Shown here in pieces: positions 40,030-47,997 of a stretch of 64,000 nt of DNA. The notes under the pieces are model-generated. The model made no database searches. It saw nothing but the letters and a program-made list of their open reading frames with translations, and was not told the origin of the DNA. The DNA is from Alphaproteobacteria bacterium (lineage in GTDB: Bacteria > Pseudomonadota > Alphaproteobacteria > GCA-2731375). The stretch is taken from the NCBI GenBank assembly GCA_965225945.1, contig CBDDBZ010000031.1:192001-256000 (forward strand), in the 5' to 3' direction. The translations under genes and the position numbers were made by a program. How positions within the stretch are numbered: the first letter of the stretch is position 1; every line of letters begins with the position of its first letter.

Positions 40030-40199
40030 CATACTCTACCGATTCATTGAACGGTGTATAAGGACCGTATACCATATTCGGAACCTCGTGAAGTTGCAAC
40101 TCCGTGAGGCGGCGAGCCAAAGTCTGCCGCGCGTCAAGCGCCACGATTTCGTCTCGCCTTTCCCTTCTCCCTTGCCCCGAAAAACATGTCCCTCCCCGA

Positions 40200-40269
40200 G
40201 CCTTTCCCCCGGAGCCACCGTCGCTCGCTCGCCCCACCAGGCGAGCGGCGGTGGCTCCGGGGGAAAGGC
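40200..40269. repeat. 29-bp-arm hairpin (one G-T pair, 12-nt loop)
   Basis: GCCTTTCCCCCGGAGCCACCGTCGCTCGC...GCGAGCGGCGGTGGCTCCGGGGGAAAGGC. Confidence 0.9.
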
Positions 40270-40336
40270 GGACCGTTTCCCCTGGTGAACCCGAGCCCGT
40301 CCCGGGCGATGGTCCTCCGCCCCCGACGCCGCAACC

Positions 40337-40372
40337 GCTCCCCTGATCCCGCGCGCGCGGGATCAGGGGAGC
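40337..40372. repeat. Perfect 36-bp palindrome overlapping mltA stop
   Basis: GCTCCCCTGATCCCGCGCGCGCGGGATCAGGGGAGC. Confidence 0.9.
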
Positions 40373-41574
40373 TTCTCGGCCGCGGCCGTCGGCAACAGCA
40401 GGAACAGACGGCCCCGGTGCTTCATCCGCCCGGCGATTTCCCGGCCGTCCTTGCCGTGGCCCCAGAAGACGTCGCCCCTGAGGCCGCCCTTGATGGCGCC
40501 GCCGGTGTCCTGCGCCACCATCAGCCGGCGCACGACCTCGTCGGGTCGTGCGGGATCGGGGTTCGGCGCCGCGCCGTCGAGCCACATCGGCGCGCCGAGC
40601 GGCAGGTGGTGGCGATCGATCGCCAGGCTCCGCCCGGCGGTCAAGGGCACGCCCATGGCGCCGATCGGCCCGGGCCCCTTCAACTCGCGGAAGAAGATAT
40701 AGCTCGGGTTCAGGTTCATCACCGCCTCCGCCTCGCTCGCGTTGGCCTCCAGCCAGGCGCGAATCGACTGCATGGAGACGTTTTGGCGGCTGAGCGCGCG
40801 CCTGCGGATTAGCTCCTGTCCGACGGCGACATACTTGCGGCCGTTCTGTTCGGCGTAGCCGACGCGCATTTCGCCGCCCTCGACCAGCCGCACCCGGCCC
40901 GAGCCCTGGATGTGAAGGAAAAAAGCGTCGATGGCGCTGTCGACCCAGACCAGCGCGTCCGAGGCTGCGACGGCGCCCGTCTCGATCGCCGCGCGGTCGG
41001 GATAGGGCCGCAACCGGCCCTTTGAGATCCGCCCGCGGATCACTTTACCCTTCAATTTGGCATTGAATTGGCCGAGTTCGACTACGACCAGATCCCCCGG
41101 CCGGCGGTGGAGCGGCACCTCGAAGCCGTCACGCTTCTCCCGGCTGCCGCTCAGCAGGGGTTCGTAATAGCCGGTGAAGAGACCGTCGTCCGCCTCCCCC
41201 CAGGTGATGCGGAAGGCGCGAAACTCGGCCTCGAAGGCCCGCCGGGCGGCGGCGTGATCGGCGGCATCGACGGCGCCCATGGCGGCGCAGGCCTGGCGCC
41301 AGTCGCCCGCCCGGCCGCCGATGCCGTTCCGCCCGAGCGAGCGCGCGTCGGGCCATTTGGCGAACCGTTCGCAGGACTCGAGGAAGGCCGGGACGGCCTC
41401 GCCTTGGCGGCCGATCTCCCATTCCGGCAACACCGCGAAGGCGACCTTGTAGAGGCCCAGCCTGGGATCGGGACGGGAGGCCTCCGGCGGCACTGGGCGC
41501 CCCGCCCACCAGAGCGCGAGGCCGAGGATCAACCAGAGGACCGAAAGCAGGATCGAGAGGCGAGGCCCCGGCAT
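40363..41574 (-). CDS. mltA: Lytic murein transglycosylase A
   Basis: FTGYYEP, IQGSGR, NPSYIFF, QDTGGAIKG..R.D.FWG (3D domain). Confidence 0.93.
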   Translation of the reverse strand: MPGPRLSILLSVLWLILGLALWWAGRPVPPEASRPDPRLGLYKVAFAVLPEWEIGRQGEAVPAFLESCERFAKWPDARSLGRNGIGGRAGDWRQACAAMGAVDAADHAAARRAFEAEFRAFRITWGEADDGLFTGYYEPLLSGSREKRDGFEVPLHRRPGDLVVVELGQFNAKLKGKVIRGRISKGRLRPYPDRAAIETGAVAASDALVWVDSAIDAFFLHIQGSGRVRLVEGGEMRVGYAEQNGRKYVAVGQELIRRRALSRQNVSMQSIRAWLEANASEAEAVMNLNPSYIFFRELKGPGPIGAMGVPLTAGRSLAIDRHHLPLGAPMWLDGAAPNPDPARPDEVVRRLMVAQDTGGAIKGGLRGDVFWGHGKDGREIAGRMKHRGRLFLLLPTAAAEKLP

Positions 41575-41584
41575 CGGGGCGGGG

Positions 41585-42319
41585 TCAGTTTTCGCTGCTG
41601 GTCGCGACCAGGGTCCAGTTCGGATCGCGCGATCCGGTGTCGCGCCCGAAGGTCCAAATGTCCGTCACCTCGTGCTCGGCCGAGGTGCCGCCGATCACCT
41701 CGCCGTCGTCATCGCGGCTGACGCTGATCATGTCGGAAACGAACTTCACCGTGACCTCGGCGATCTTGCCGTCGAGGCCGGCGTCGACGATGTCGGCCGC
41801 CTTCATCGTCGTGATCGTCGTCTCTAGCGTCTCCGAGGCCGCCTCGCGTGCCTCGATGGCGGACGCGAAGTTGTCGTAGACCTCGTCGCTCAAGAGGTTG
41901 CGCAGCGTCTGGTGATCACCTGGGGCAAAGGCCGTCACGATCATCTCGTAGGCCGCGCGGGCGCCGTCGACGAAGGGACCTGGATCGAATTGATGATCGG
42001 CGATCTTGATCTGCGCCAGGCCGGCGCCGATGGGCGAGTCATCGGCCCAGAGCGCCGCGTCGGCACTCGACTCCTCCTCCTGCTCTTCCTGCTGCTCCTG
42101 CTGCTCCTGCTGCTCCTGCTCCTCGAGTGACGAGGTGCGGTCCGGCAAGGTGATCACGTTGTCGTCGGATTTTTCCCGCCCCTCGGTCATGCCGAGGGAG
42201 TCGCTCGGCGGGCGCTCCTGTCCCGTCCGGCGGCCGAGCACGCTGAATAGGCGAAAAAATATCACGCCTACTAGCGCGAGGATTACGATGTCGACGAGTC
42301 CGATGCCGGTACCCATCAT
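41585..42319 (-). CDS. Tim44/TimA family protein
   Basis: N-terminal TM, VLGRRTG, F..GAR.AYE.I, DIWTF.R...DPNW. Confidence 0.92.
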   Translation of the reverse strand: MMGTGIGLVDIVILALVGVIFFRLFSVLGRRTGQERPPSDSLGMTEGREKSDDNVITLPDRTSSLEEQEQQEQQEQQEEQEEESSADAALWADDSPIGAGLAQIKIADHQFDPGPFVDGARAAYEMIVTAFAPGDHQTLRNLLSDEVYDNFASAIEAREAASETLETTITTMKAADIVDAGLDGKIAEVTVKFVSDMISVSRDDDGEVIGGTSAEHEVTDIWTFGRDTGSRDPNWTLVATSSEN

Positions 42320-42477
42320 GTCCTCTCCACGCCAAACGCGCGGTGGACATCCCTTGCATGTCCGATGTATGTGGCGATTCTAAGTCAGCTTAAGCATTCC
42401 CCCAACCGGAGTCCAGCCGAGCCGAGAAACCACGCCGACATAGTGCTACATAAGACCGAGGCTGCGGAGGAACAAGC

Positions 42478-42966
42478 GTGCCCCTGATTCTGTTGGCGGC
42501 CTTCATCGCCGTGCCTCTGATCGAAATCGGTGTCTTCATCGAGGTCGGTGGCTGGCTCGGCCTCTGGCCGACGCTCACGGTGATCGTGTTGACGGCGATG
42601 CTCGGCGCTGGCCTGCTGCGCGCCCAGCGTCTCGCCACCCTGGCCCGCGCCCGGGCGGAGGCGGACCGGGGTGTCTTGCCGGTCCGCGAGGTGTTCGACG
42701 GGCTCTGCCTGTTGCTCGCCGGCGCCTTGCTGCTGACCCCGGGCTTCGTGACCGACGGGTTGGGATTTCTGCTGTTCGTGCCGGCGTTTCGCGCCGCGCT
42801 CGCCGCGGCTATCATGGCCCGGGTCCACGTCGCGGCGGCGCGCCGCGCGAGCGGCCCGAAGCCAGAGGTCATCGACGGAGAGTGGGAGGAGGTTCCCGAG
42901 CCGCCAGCCACACGTATCGAGCCCCCGGACGGCCCGACCGGCGGCAAGCCCTGGCATCATCCCTGA
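42478..42966 (+). CDS. fxsA: FxsA family membrane protein
   Basis: VPLIEI, LLLTPGFVTD. Confidence 0.92.
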   Translation: MPLILLAAFIAVPLIEIGVFIEVGGWLGLWPTLTVIVLTAMLGAGLLRAQRLATLARARAEADRGVLPVREVFDGLCLLLAGALLLTPGFVTDGLGFLLFVPAFRAALAAAIMARVHVAAARRASGPKPEVIDGEWEEVPEPPATRIEPPDGPTGGKPWHHP

Positions 42967-43000
42967 CGGCCCGCTTGTGGCCTCGAGGGCGCGCATGCTA

Positions 43001-44137
43001 GTGTTCCGATCCTAACAAAAGTTTCCCAAAGGGCTTGCGTTCTGCGATTCTGGGGGAATGACGAAGACATTGGCATGCATCTGGCTGTCTCCCGCGGAGC
43101 GGGCGACGCTGGAAGGGTTGGTTTCTGGGCGGAACACGCCGCAGAAGCTGGTTTGGCGGGCACGGATCGTGTTGCTGTCGGCTGACGGGATCGGCACGAT
43201 GACGATCGTCCGGTTGGTCGGCAAAAGTAAGGTGACGGTGTGGCGCTGGCAGGAGCGCTACCTTGCCAAAGGCATCGCCGGACTGCGCCGCGATGCGACG
43301 CGACCGGGACGCAAGCCGCCGCTGAGCGCCGAGGTGATCGAGCGGGTTGTGCATAAGACCTTGCACGAGACGCCGGAGGCGGCGACGCATTGGAGCATCC
43401 GCAAGATGGCCCGTGCCGTCGGCCTCAGCTACACCAGCGTGCAGCGGGTCTGGAAGGCGCACGGCCTCAAGCCGCACCTGGTGAAGACCTTCAAGCTGTC
43501 GAATGACGAACACTTCGTCGAGAAGGTGCGCGATATCGTCGGTCTCTATCTCGATCCGCCGGACAAGGCGCTGGTTCTCTCGGTCGACGAGAAGAGCCAG
43601 ATCCAGGCGCTCGACCGCACACAGCCCGGCTTGCCGATCAAGAAGGGCCGAGCCGGCACCATGACGCATGACTACAAGCGCCACGGCACGACGACATTGT
43701 TCGCCGCGCTCGACGTCGCCACCGGCAAGGTCATCGGCCACTGCATGAAGCGGCACCGCCATCAGGAATGGCTGAAATTCCTGCGCCGTATCGACGCCGA
43801 GACGCCCAAGAAGCTCGACCTGCATCTGATCGCCGACAACTACGCCACCCACAAGCATCCCAAGGTCAAGGCGTGGTTGGCAAAACATCCTCGCTTCCAT
43901 ATGCACTTCACTCCGACATCCGCCTCCTGGCTCAGCCAGGTCGAACGCTTCTTCGGCCTGATCACCAGCGATCAAATCCGTTGCGGCGTGTTCAAGAGCG
44001 TCGCCGAACTCGAAACAGCCATTCAGGAATACCTCGAGCACCACAATGCCGATCCAAAACCCTTCGTATGGACCGCTTCCGCCACCGCCATACTCGAAAA
44101 AGTCGCTCGTGGGCGACAGGCGTTAGAGTCGGTACAC
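43001..44137 (+). mobile_element. IS630-family element
   Basis: IR GTGTTCCGATCCTAAC / GTTAGAGTCGGTACAC; TA (CTAG) target duplication. Confidence 0.92.
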
Positions 44138-44140
44138 TAG
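43058..44140 (+). CDS. IS630 transposase
   Basis: VDEKSQIQ, YKRHGT, DNYATHK, SWLSQVERFF. Confidence 0.94.
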   Translation: MTKTLACIWLSPAERATLEGLVSGRNTPQKLVWRARIVLLSADGIGTMTIVRLVGKSKVTVWRWQERYLAKGIAGLRRDATRPGRKPPLSAEVIERVVHKTLHETPEAATHWSIRKMARAVGLSYTSVQRVWKAHGLKPHLVKTFKLSNDEHFVEKVRDIVGLYLDPPDKALVLSVDEKSQIQALDRTQPGLPIKKGRAGTMTHDYKRHGTTTLFAALDVATGKVIGHCMKRHRHQEWLKFLRRIDAETPKKLDLHLIADNYATHKHPKVKAWLAKHPRFHMHFTPTSASWLSQVERFFGLITSDQIRCGVFKSVAELETAIQEYLEHHNADPKPFVWTASATAILEKVARGRQALESVH

Positions 44141-44173
44141 CTAGCGCCTGAATTTGAGCCCGTGGAGTATCCG

Positions 44174-44686
44174 ATGAGCGACGCCGATGCCCCCGACGCC
44201 CCCGTCCTGCCCGAGCGCGACTTCGGCGCGGCGCCGCACCTGCAGATCCTGGCGCAGTATCTGAAGGACCTTTCGTTCGAGAACTTCGGCGCGCCGAAGA
44301 GCCTGTTGGATACGGGCGAAGGAATGCAGATCGAGGTCGCGGTCAACCTCGAGGCCGAGTCGGCGGGCGAGGGGCGCTATGGCATCGACCTCACCATCAA
44401 CGCCACCGCCAATCGCGGCGCCGATCGGGTGTTCCTCGTCGAGGTGGTCTACGGCGGCCTATTCCAGATCCAGAACATCCCGACCGAAGCGGTGCAGGCG
44501 GTCTGCCTGGTCGAGTGTCCCCGAATCCTCTTCCCCTACGCCCGGCGGATCGTCTCCGACGCCACCCGCGACGGCGGCTTTCCGCCGCTGCTGGTCGAGC
44601 CGATCGACTTCTACCGCCTCTATCGCGAGCGCCGGGAAGGTAGCGGGGTCGAAGTGGTGTCGGAAGAGGCCGGCGAGAGGGACTGA
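44174..44686 (+). CDS. secB: Protein-export chaperone SecB
   Basis: QYLKDLSFEN, ECPRILFPYAR, GGFPPL...PIDF. Confidence 0.95.
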   Translation: MSDADAPDAPVLPERDFGAAPHLQILAQYLKDLSFENFGAPKSLLDTGEGMQIEVAVNLEAESAGEGRYGIDLTINATANRGADRVFLVEVVYGGLFQIQNIPTEAVQAVCLVECPRILFPYARRIVSDATRDGGFPPLLVEPIDFYRLYRERREGSGVEVVSEEAGERD

Positions 44687-44756
44687 AGCTCCAGGCCTTT
44701 GAAGGGGCGGCCCGGCTTTGCCATAGTCGGGCGATCGGTAACCCGGCGGCGCCCGC

Positions 44757-45503
44757 ATGCCTCAGAGTGTCTCACGCCTTCTCGGCCTCCTCGTCGGCTC
44801 GCTCCGCGACCTGGCCCCGATCGTCGCCGTCATCGCCTTCTTCCAGCTCGCGGTGTTGCGGCAGCCGCTGCCCGATCTGACCTCGATCCTGATCGGGCTG
44901 GCGATGGTCGTGCTGGGGTTGGCGCTCTTCGTCCGGGGCTTGGAGATGGCGCTGTTCCCGATCGGGGAGGCGCTGGCCGCGGCGTTCACCCGGAAGGCCA
45001 ATCTCGCCTGGCTGTTGATCTTCGCCTTCGCCCTCGGGTTCGGTACCACGGTCGCGGAGCCGGCGCTGATCGCCGTGGCCAAGGAGGCGGCCAGGATCGC
45101 CGCCCAGGCCGGCGTGGTGGTCGACGCGCCCGAGGCGCGGGACGACTACGCCCTCTACTTGCGATTGACCGTGGCACTCTCGGTCGGCGTCGCCCTGGTG
45201 ATCGGCGTCTTTCGCATTCTCAAGGGCTGGCCGCTCCACTTCCTGATCATCTCGGGCTATGGCCTCGTCGTCACCATGACCTTCTTCGCGCCCGAGGCAA
45301 TTATCGGCATCGCCTACGATTCCGGCGGCGTCACCACCTCGACCATCACCGTGCCGCTGGTCACCGCCTTCGGCGTCGGCCTGGCGCACTCCATCCGGGG
45401 GCGCAATCCGATGCTCGACGGCTTCGGGCTGATCGCCTTCGCCAGCCTGACGCCGCTGATATTCGTCATGGCTTTCGGCATGCTCTGGGAATGGCTCGGC
45501 TGA
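44757..45503 (+). CDS. DUF1538 family membrane protein
   Basis: [28 protein letters not shown]. Confidence 0.85.
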   Translation: MPQSVSRLLGLLVGSLRDLAPIVAVIAFFQLAVLRQPLPDLTSILIGLAMVVLGLALFVRGLEMALFPIGEALAAAFTRKANLAWLLIFAFALGFGTTVAEPALIAVAKEAARIAAQAGVVVDAPEARDDYALYLRLTVALSVGVALVIGVFRILKGWPLHFLIISGYGLVVTMTFFAPEAIIGIAYDSGGVTTSTITVPLVTAFGVGLAHSIRGRNPMLDGFGLIAFASLTPLIFVMAFGMLWEWLG

Positions 45504-45507
45504 GGCG

Positions 45508-46308
45508 ATGGGCGAACTGCTTCAGCATCTGCTCGCGACCGCTTGGGCGACGCTCGCCGACGTGGCGCCGATCGCGGCGATCCTCTTCGGCTTTCAGTAT
45601 CTGGTGATCCGCCGACCGCCACCCCATCTGCGGACGATTCTGAGCGGCTTCGTCTACGTCGCGCTCGGCCTGACGCTGTTCCTGGTCGGCCTCGAGCGGG
45701 CGCTCTTTCCCCTCGGCACCCTGATGGCGGAGCAGTTGAGCGATCCGGCCTTCCTCACCGGCGTCGCCGGCGGGCCCGGTTCGACCGATTGGCGCGACTA
45801 CCTCTGGGTCTACGTCTTCGCCGCCGCGATCGGCTTCGCCACCACCATCGCCGAGCCGGCGCTGATCGCCGTCGCGCTCAAGGCCAACCAGGCCTCGGGC
45901 GGTGGCATCGGCATCTGGGGCCTCAGGATCGCGGTGGCGATCGGCGTCGCCGTCGGCGTAGCGCTGGGCACCTTCCGGATCGTCACCGGCACGCCGCTCC
46001 ACTACTACATCATCGCCGGCTATCTGGTGGTGATCTTGCAGACCCTCCGCGCCGACCGGTTGATCATCCCGCTGGCCTACGATTCCGGCGGCGTCACCAC
46101 CTCGACCGTCACCGTGCCGCTGGTCGCGGCGCTCGGCATCGGGCTCGCCACCTCCGTGCCCGGCCGCAGCCCGCTGATCGACGGTTTCGGCTTGATTGCC
46201 TTTGCCAGCCTGTTTCCCATAGTTTCCGTGCTGGGCTTATTCGGATCTGGTCGCCTGGCGCCGGCGCCGGCGGCGCGCAAAATAGCGAGGACCTCCGCAT
46301 GCGAATGA
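45508..46308 (+). CDS. DUF1538 family membrane protein (possible +1 frameshift near 46237 at C-terminus)
   Basis: Paralog of the preceding gene with the same motifs. Confidence 0.85.
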   Translation: MGELLQHLLATAWATLADVAPIAAILFGFQYLVIRRPPPHLRTILSGFVYVALGLTLFLVGLERALFPLGTLMAEQLSDPAFLTGVAGGPGSTDWRDYLWVYVFAAAIGFATTIAEPALIAVALKANQASGGGIGIWGLRIAVAIGVAVGVALGTFRIVTGTPLHYYIIAGYLVVILQTLRADRLIIPLAYDSGGVTTSTVTVPLVAALGIGLATSVPGRSPLIDGFGLIAFASLFPIVSVLGLFGSGRLAPAPAARKIARTSACE

Positions 46309-46649
46309 AATTGATCATGGCGCTGGTCGACGACCATTTGAGCGATACCGTGCTCGAGGCGGCGCGCGAGGCCGGCGCCACCGGGGCGAGCGTCGTCACC
46401 TCGGTGCGTGGCGAGGGCCTGGAGCGGGAGAAGACCTTCCTCGGTCTGGATCTCGCCGGCCAGCGCGACCTGCTGCTGTTCCTGGTTGCCGAGCAGCGGG
46501 CCCGGGAGATCCTGGAGACCGTGGCCGAGGTCGGCAAATTCAACGAGGAGCATGGCGCCGGCATCGCCTTCCAGATCGCCATCGAGGACGCGGTCGGCCT
46601 GAAGACGCAGATGGACACGCTGCTGCAGGAGATCGAGGAACAGCTATGA
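46299..46649 (+). CDS. P-II family signalling protein
   Basis: KLIMALV..., AGATG......RGEG, GAGIAF. Confidence 0.85.
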   Translation: MRMKLIMALVDDHLSDTVLEAAREAGATGASVVTSVRGEGLEREKTFLGLDLAGQRDLLLFLVAEQRAREILETVAEVGKFNEEHGAGIAFQIAIEDAVGLKTQMDTLLQEIEEQL

Positions 46650-47068
46650 AAGAGACCCCCCTCATCAGGGTGCGCGAGATCATGACCCAGTCCGTGCACC
46701 TGATCGACGCGGTGGCGCCGGTGCGCCAGGCGATGGTGACGATGCACGAGAGGGGCGTGAGCTCCCTGGTGATCCCCCGGCGCGACGAGAACGACGAGTT
46801 CGCCGTCGTGACCATCACCGATATCGCCGAGAAGGTGGTCGGCGAGAACCGCTCGCTCGACCGGACCGACGTCTACGAAGTGATGAGCAAGCCGGCGCTC
46901 GCCATCGATGCGGCCATGGACATCCGCTACGCCGTCCGTCTGCTGAACAACTTCGAGCTCTCGCGCGCCCTGGTGGTCGACCACGATCGGAACCTGATCG
47001 GCATCGTCACGGTTCGCGACATGGTGCTCGCCTACGTCCACCACGACGAGGGCGGCGTGGAGGCCTGA
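46646..47068 (+). CDS. CBS domain protein
   Basis: VREIMT, VSSLV, EVMSKP, LIGIVT.RD. Confidence 0.88.
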   Translation: MKETPLIRVREIMTQSVHLIDAVAPVRQAMVTMHERGVSSLVIPRRDENDEFAVVTITDIAEKVVGENRSLDRTDVYEVMSKPALAIDAAMDIRYAVRLLNNFELSRALVVDHDRNLIGIVTVRDMVLAYVHHDEGGVEA

Positions 47069-47082
47069 TCAGGTTACGGGGA

Positions 47083-47156
47083 CAAGGTTAGGGTTAAGGG
47101 GACACAATACTTATCCTCACGAGGATAAGTATTGTGTCCCCTTAACCCTAACCTTG
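47083..47156. repeat. Near-perfect palindrome with 36-bp arms and 2-nt spacer (REP-like)
   Basis: CAAGGTTAGGGTTAAGGGGACACAATACTTATCCTC-AC-reverse complement; between convergent genes. Confidence 0.92.
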
Positions 47157-47184
47157 ATCTCGATCGAACAAACTCTCCCCGCGG

Positions 47185-47994
47185 TCACTCGCCGGTGTAG
47201 GTGGCGCGGCGCTTCTCCACGAAGGCGGCGATGCCCTCCTTGTAGTCGTGGCTCTCGCGGAGCTTCTCGTAGGCGTGACCCTCGACCTCGTGGCCGACCG
47301 AAAGCGAGGTGTCGTAGGCGGTGTTGAGCACCCGCTTGACCGTCGCCAAGGCCAACGGCGACTGACGGGTCAAGGTTTTCACCGCCTCCCCGATCGCCGC
47401 GTCGAGCGCGGCGGAGTCCGCCACCACCCGGGTGACGATGCCCCAGCTCAGCGCTTCCGCCGCCGTGATGCGCTTGGCCAGCATACACATCTCCTTGGCC
47501 CGCGTCAGGCCGGCGATCCGGGCAACGCGGTGGCTGCCGCCGCTGCCGGGGATCTGGCCGATGGAGACCTCGGGCAGGCCGAGCATCGAATCCTCCGTGG
47601 CAAACCGGAAATCGCAGGCCATGGCCAGCTCGAAGCCGACGCCGAGGGCGTATTTCTCGATTCCACAGATCACCGGCTTGCGGCAGCGCTCGGGCGCCGC
47701 GATGTTCCAGGCGAGGTCGGACATGCCGTCGCGGTGGACCTCCGCGAATGCCTTGACGTCGCCGCCCGAGCTGTAGACCCCGCCGGCGCCCCGGACCACG
47801 ATCACCTGGACCTCGTCGTCCGCCTCGAACTCCTCGAAGAGCGCGCGGATCTGGCCGCGCGCCTTGTAGCTGACGATGTTGAGCGGTGGGGAATCGAGGA
47901 TCAGGTAAGCGATCCTTTTGGCGGCGTCGATGTCGACTCTGAGGCCGTCGAGTTCCGCCAGTTGGGCGGCGCGGCGCTCGGCGTAACGTTGCAT
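47185..47994 (-). CDS. Enoyl-CoA hydratase/isomerase family protein
   Basis: SSGGDV, GVGFELAMACD, LPE..G.IPG.GG. Confidence 0.92.
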   Translation of the reverse strand: MQRYAERRAAQLAELDGLRVDIDAAKRIAYLILDSPPLNIVSYKARGQIRALFEEFEADDEVQVIVVRGAGGVYSSGGDVKAFAEVHRDGMSDLAWNIAAPERCRKPVICGIEKYALGVGFELAMACDFRFATEDSMLGLPEVSIGQIPGSGGSHRVARIAGLTRAKEMCMLAKRITAAEALSWGIVTRVVADSAALDAAIGEAVKTLTRQSPLALATVKRVLNTAYDTSLSVGHEVEGHAYEKLRESHDYKEGIAAFVEKRRATYTGE

Positions 47995-47997
47995 CTC

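Noticed and set aside
40200-40269. Retron msd hairpin for the ATPase-TOPRIM gene
   Set aside because: No reverse transcriptase in the window; the hairpin has host-like GC, unlike the AT-rich gene.
47085-47100. Telomere-like TTAGGG repeat
   Set aside because: Only one or two units, part of a palindrome arm.
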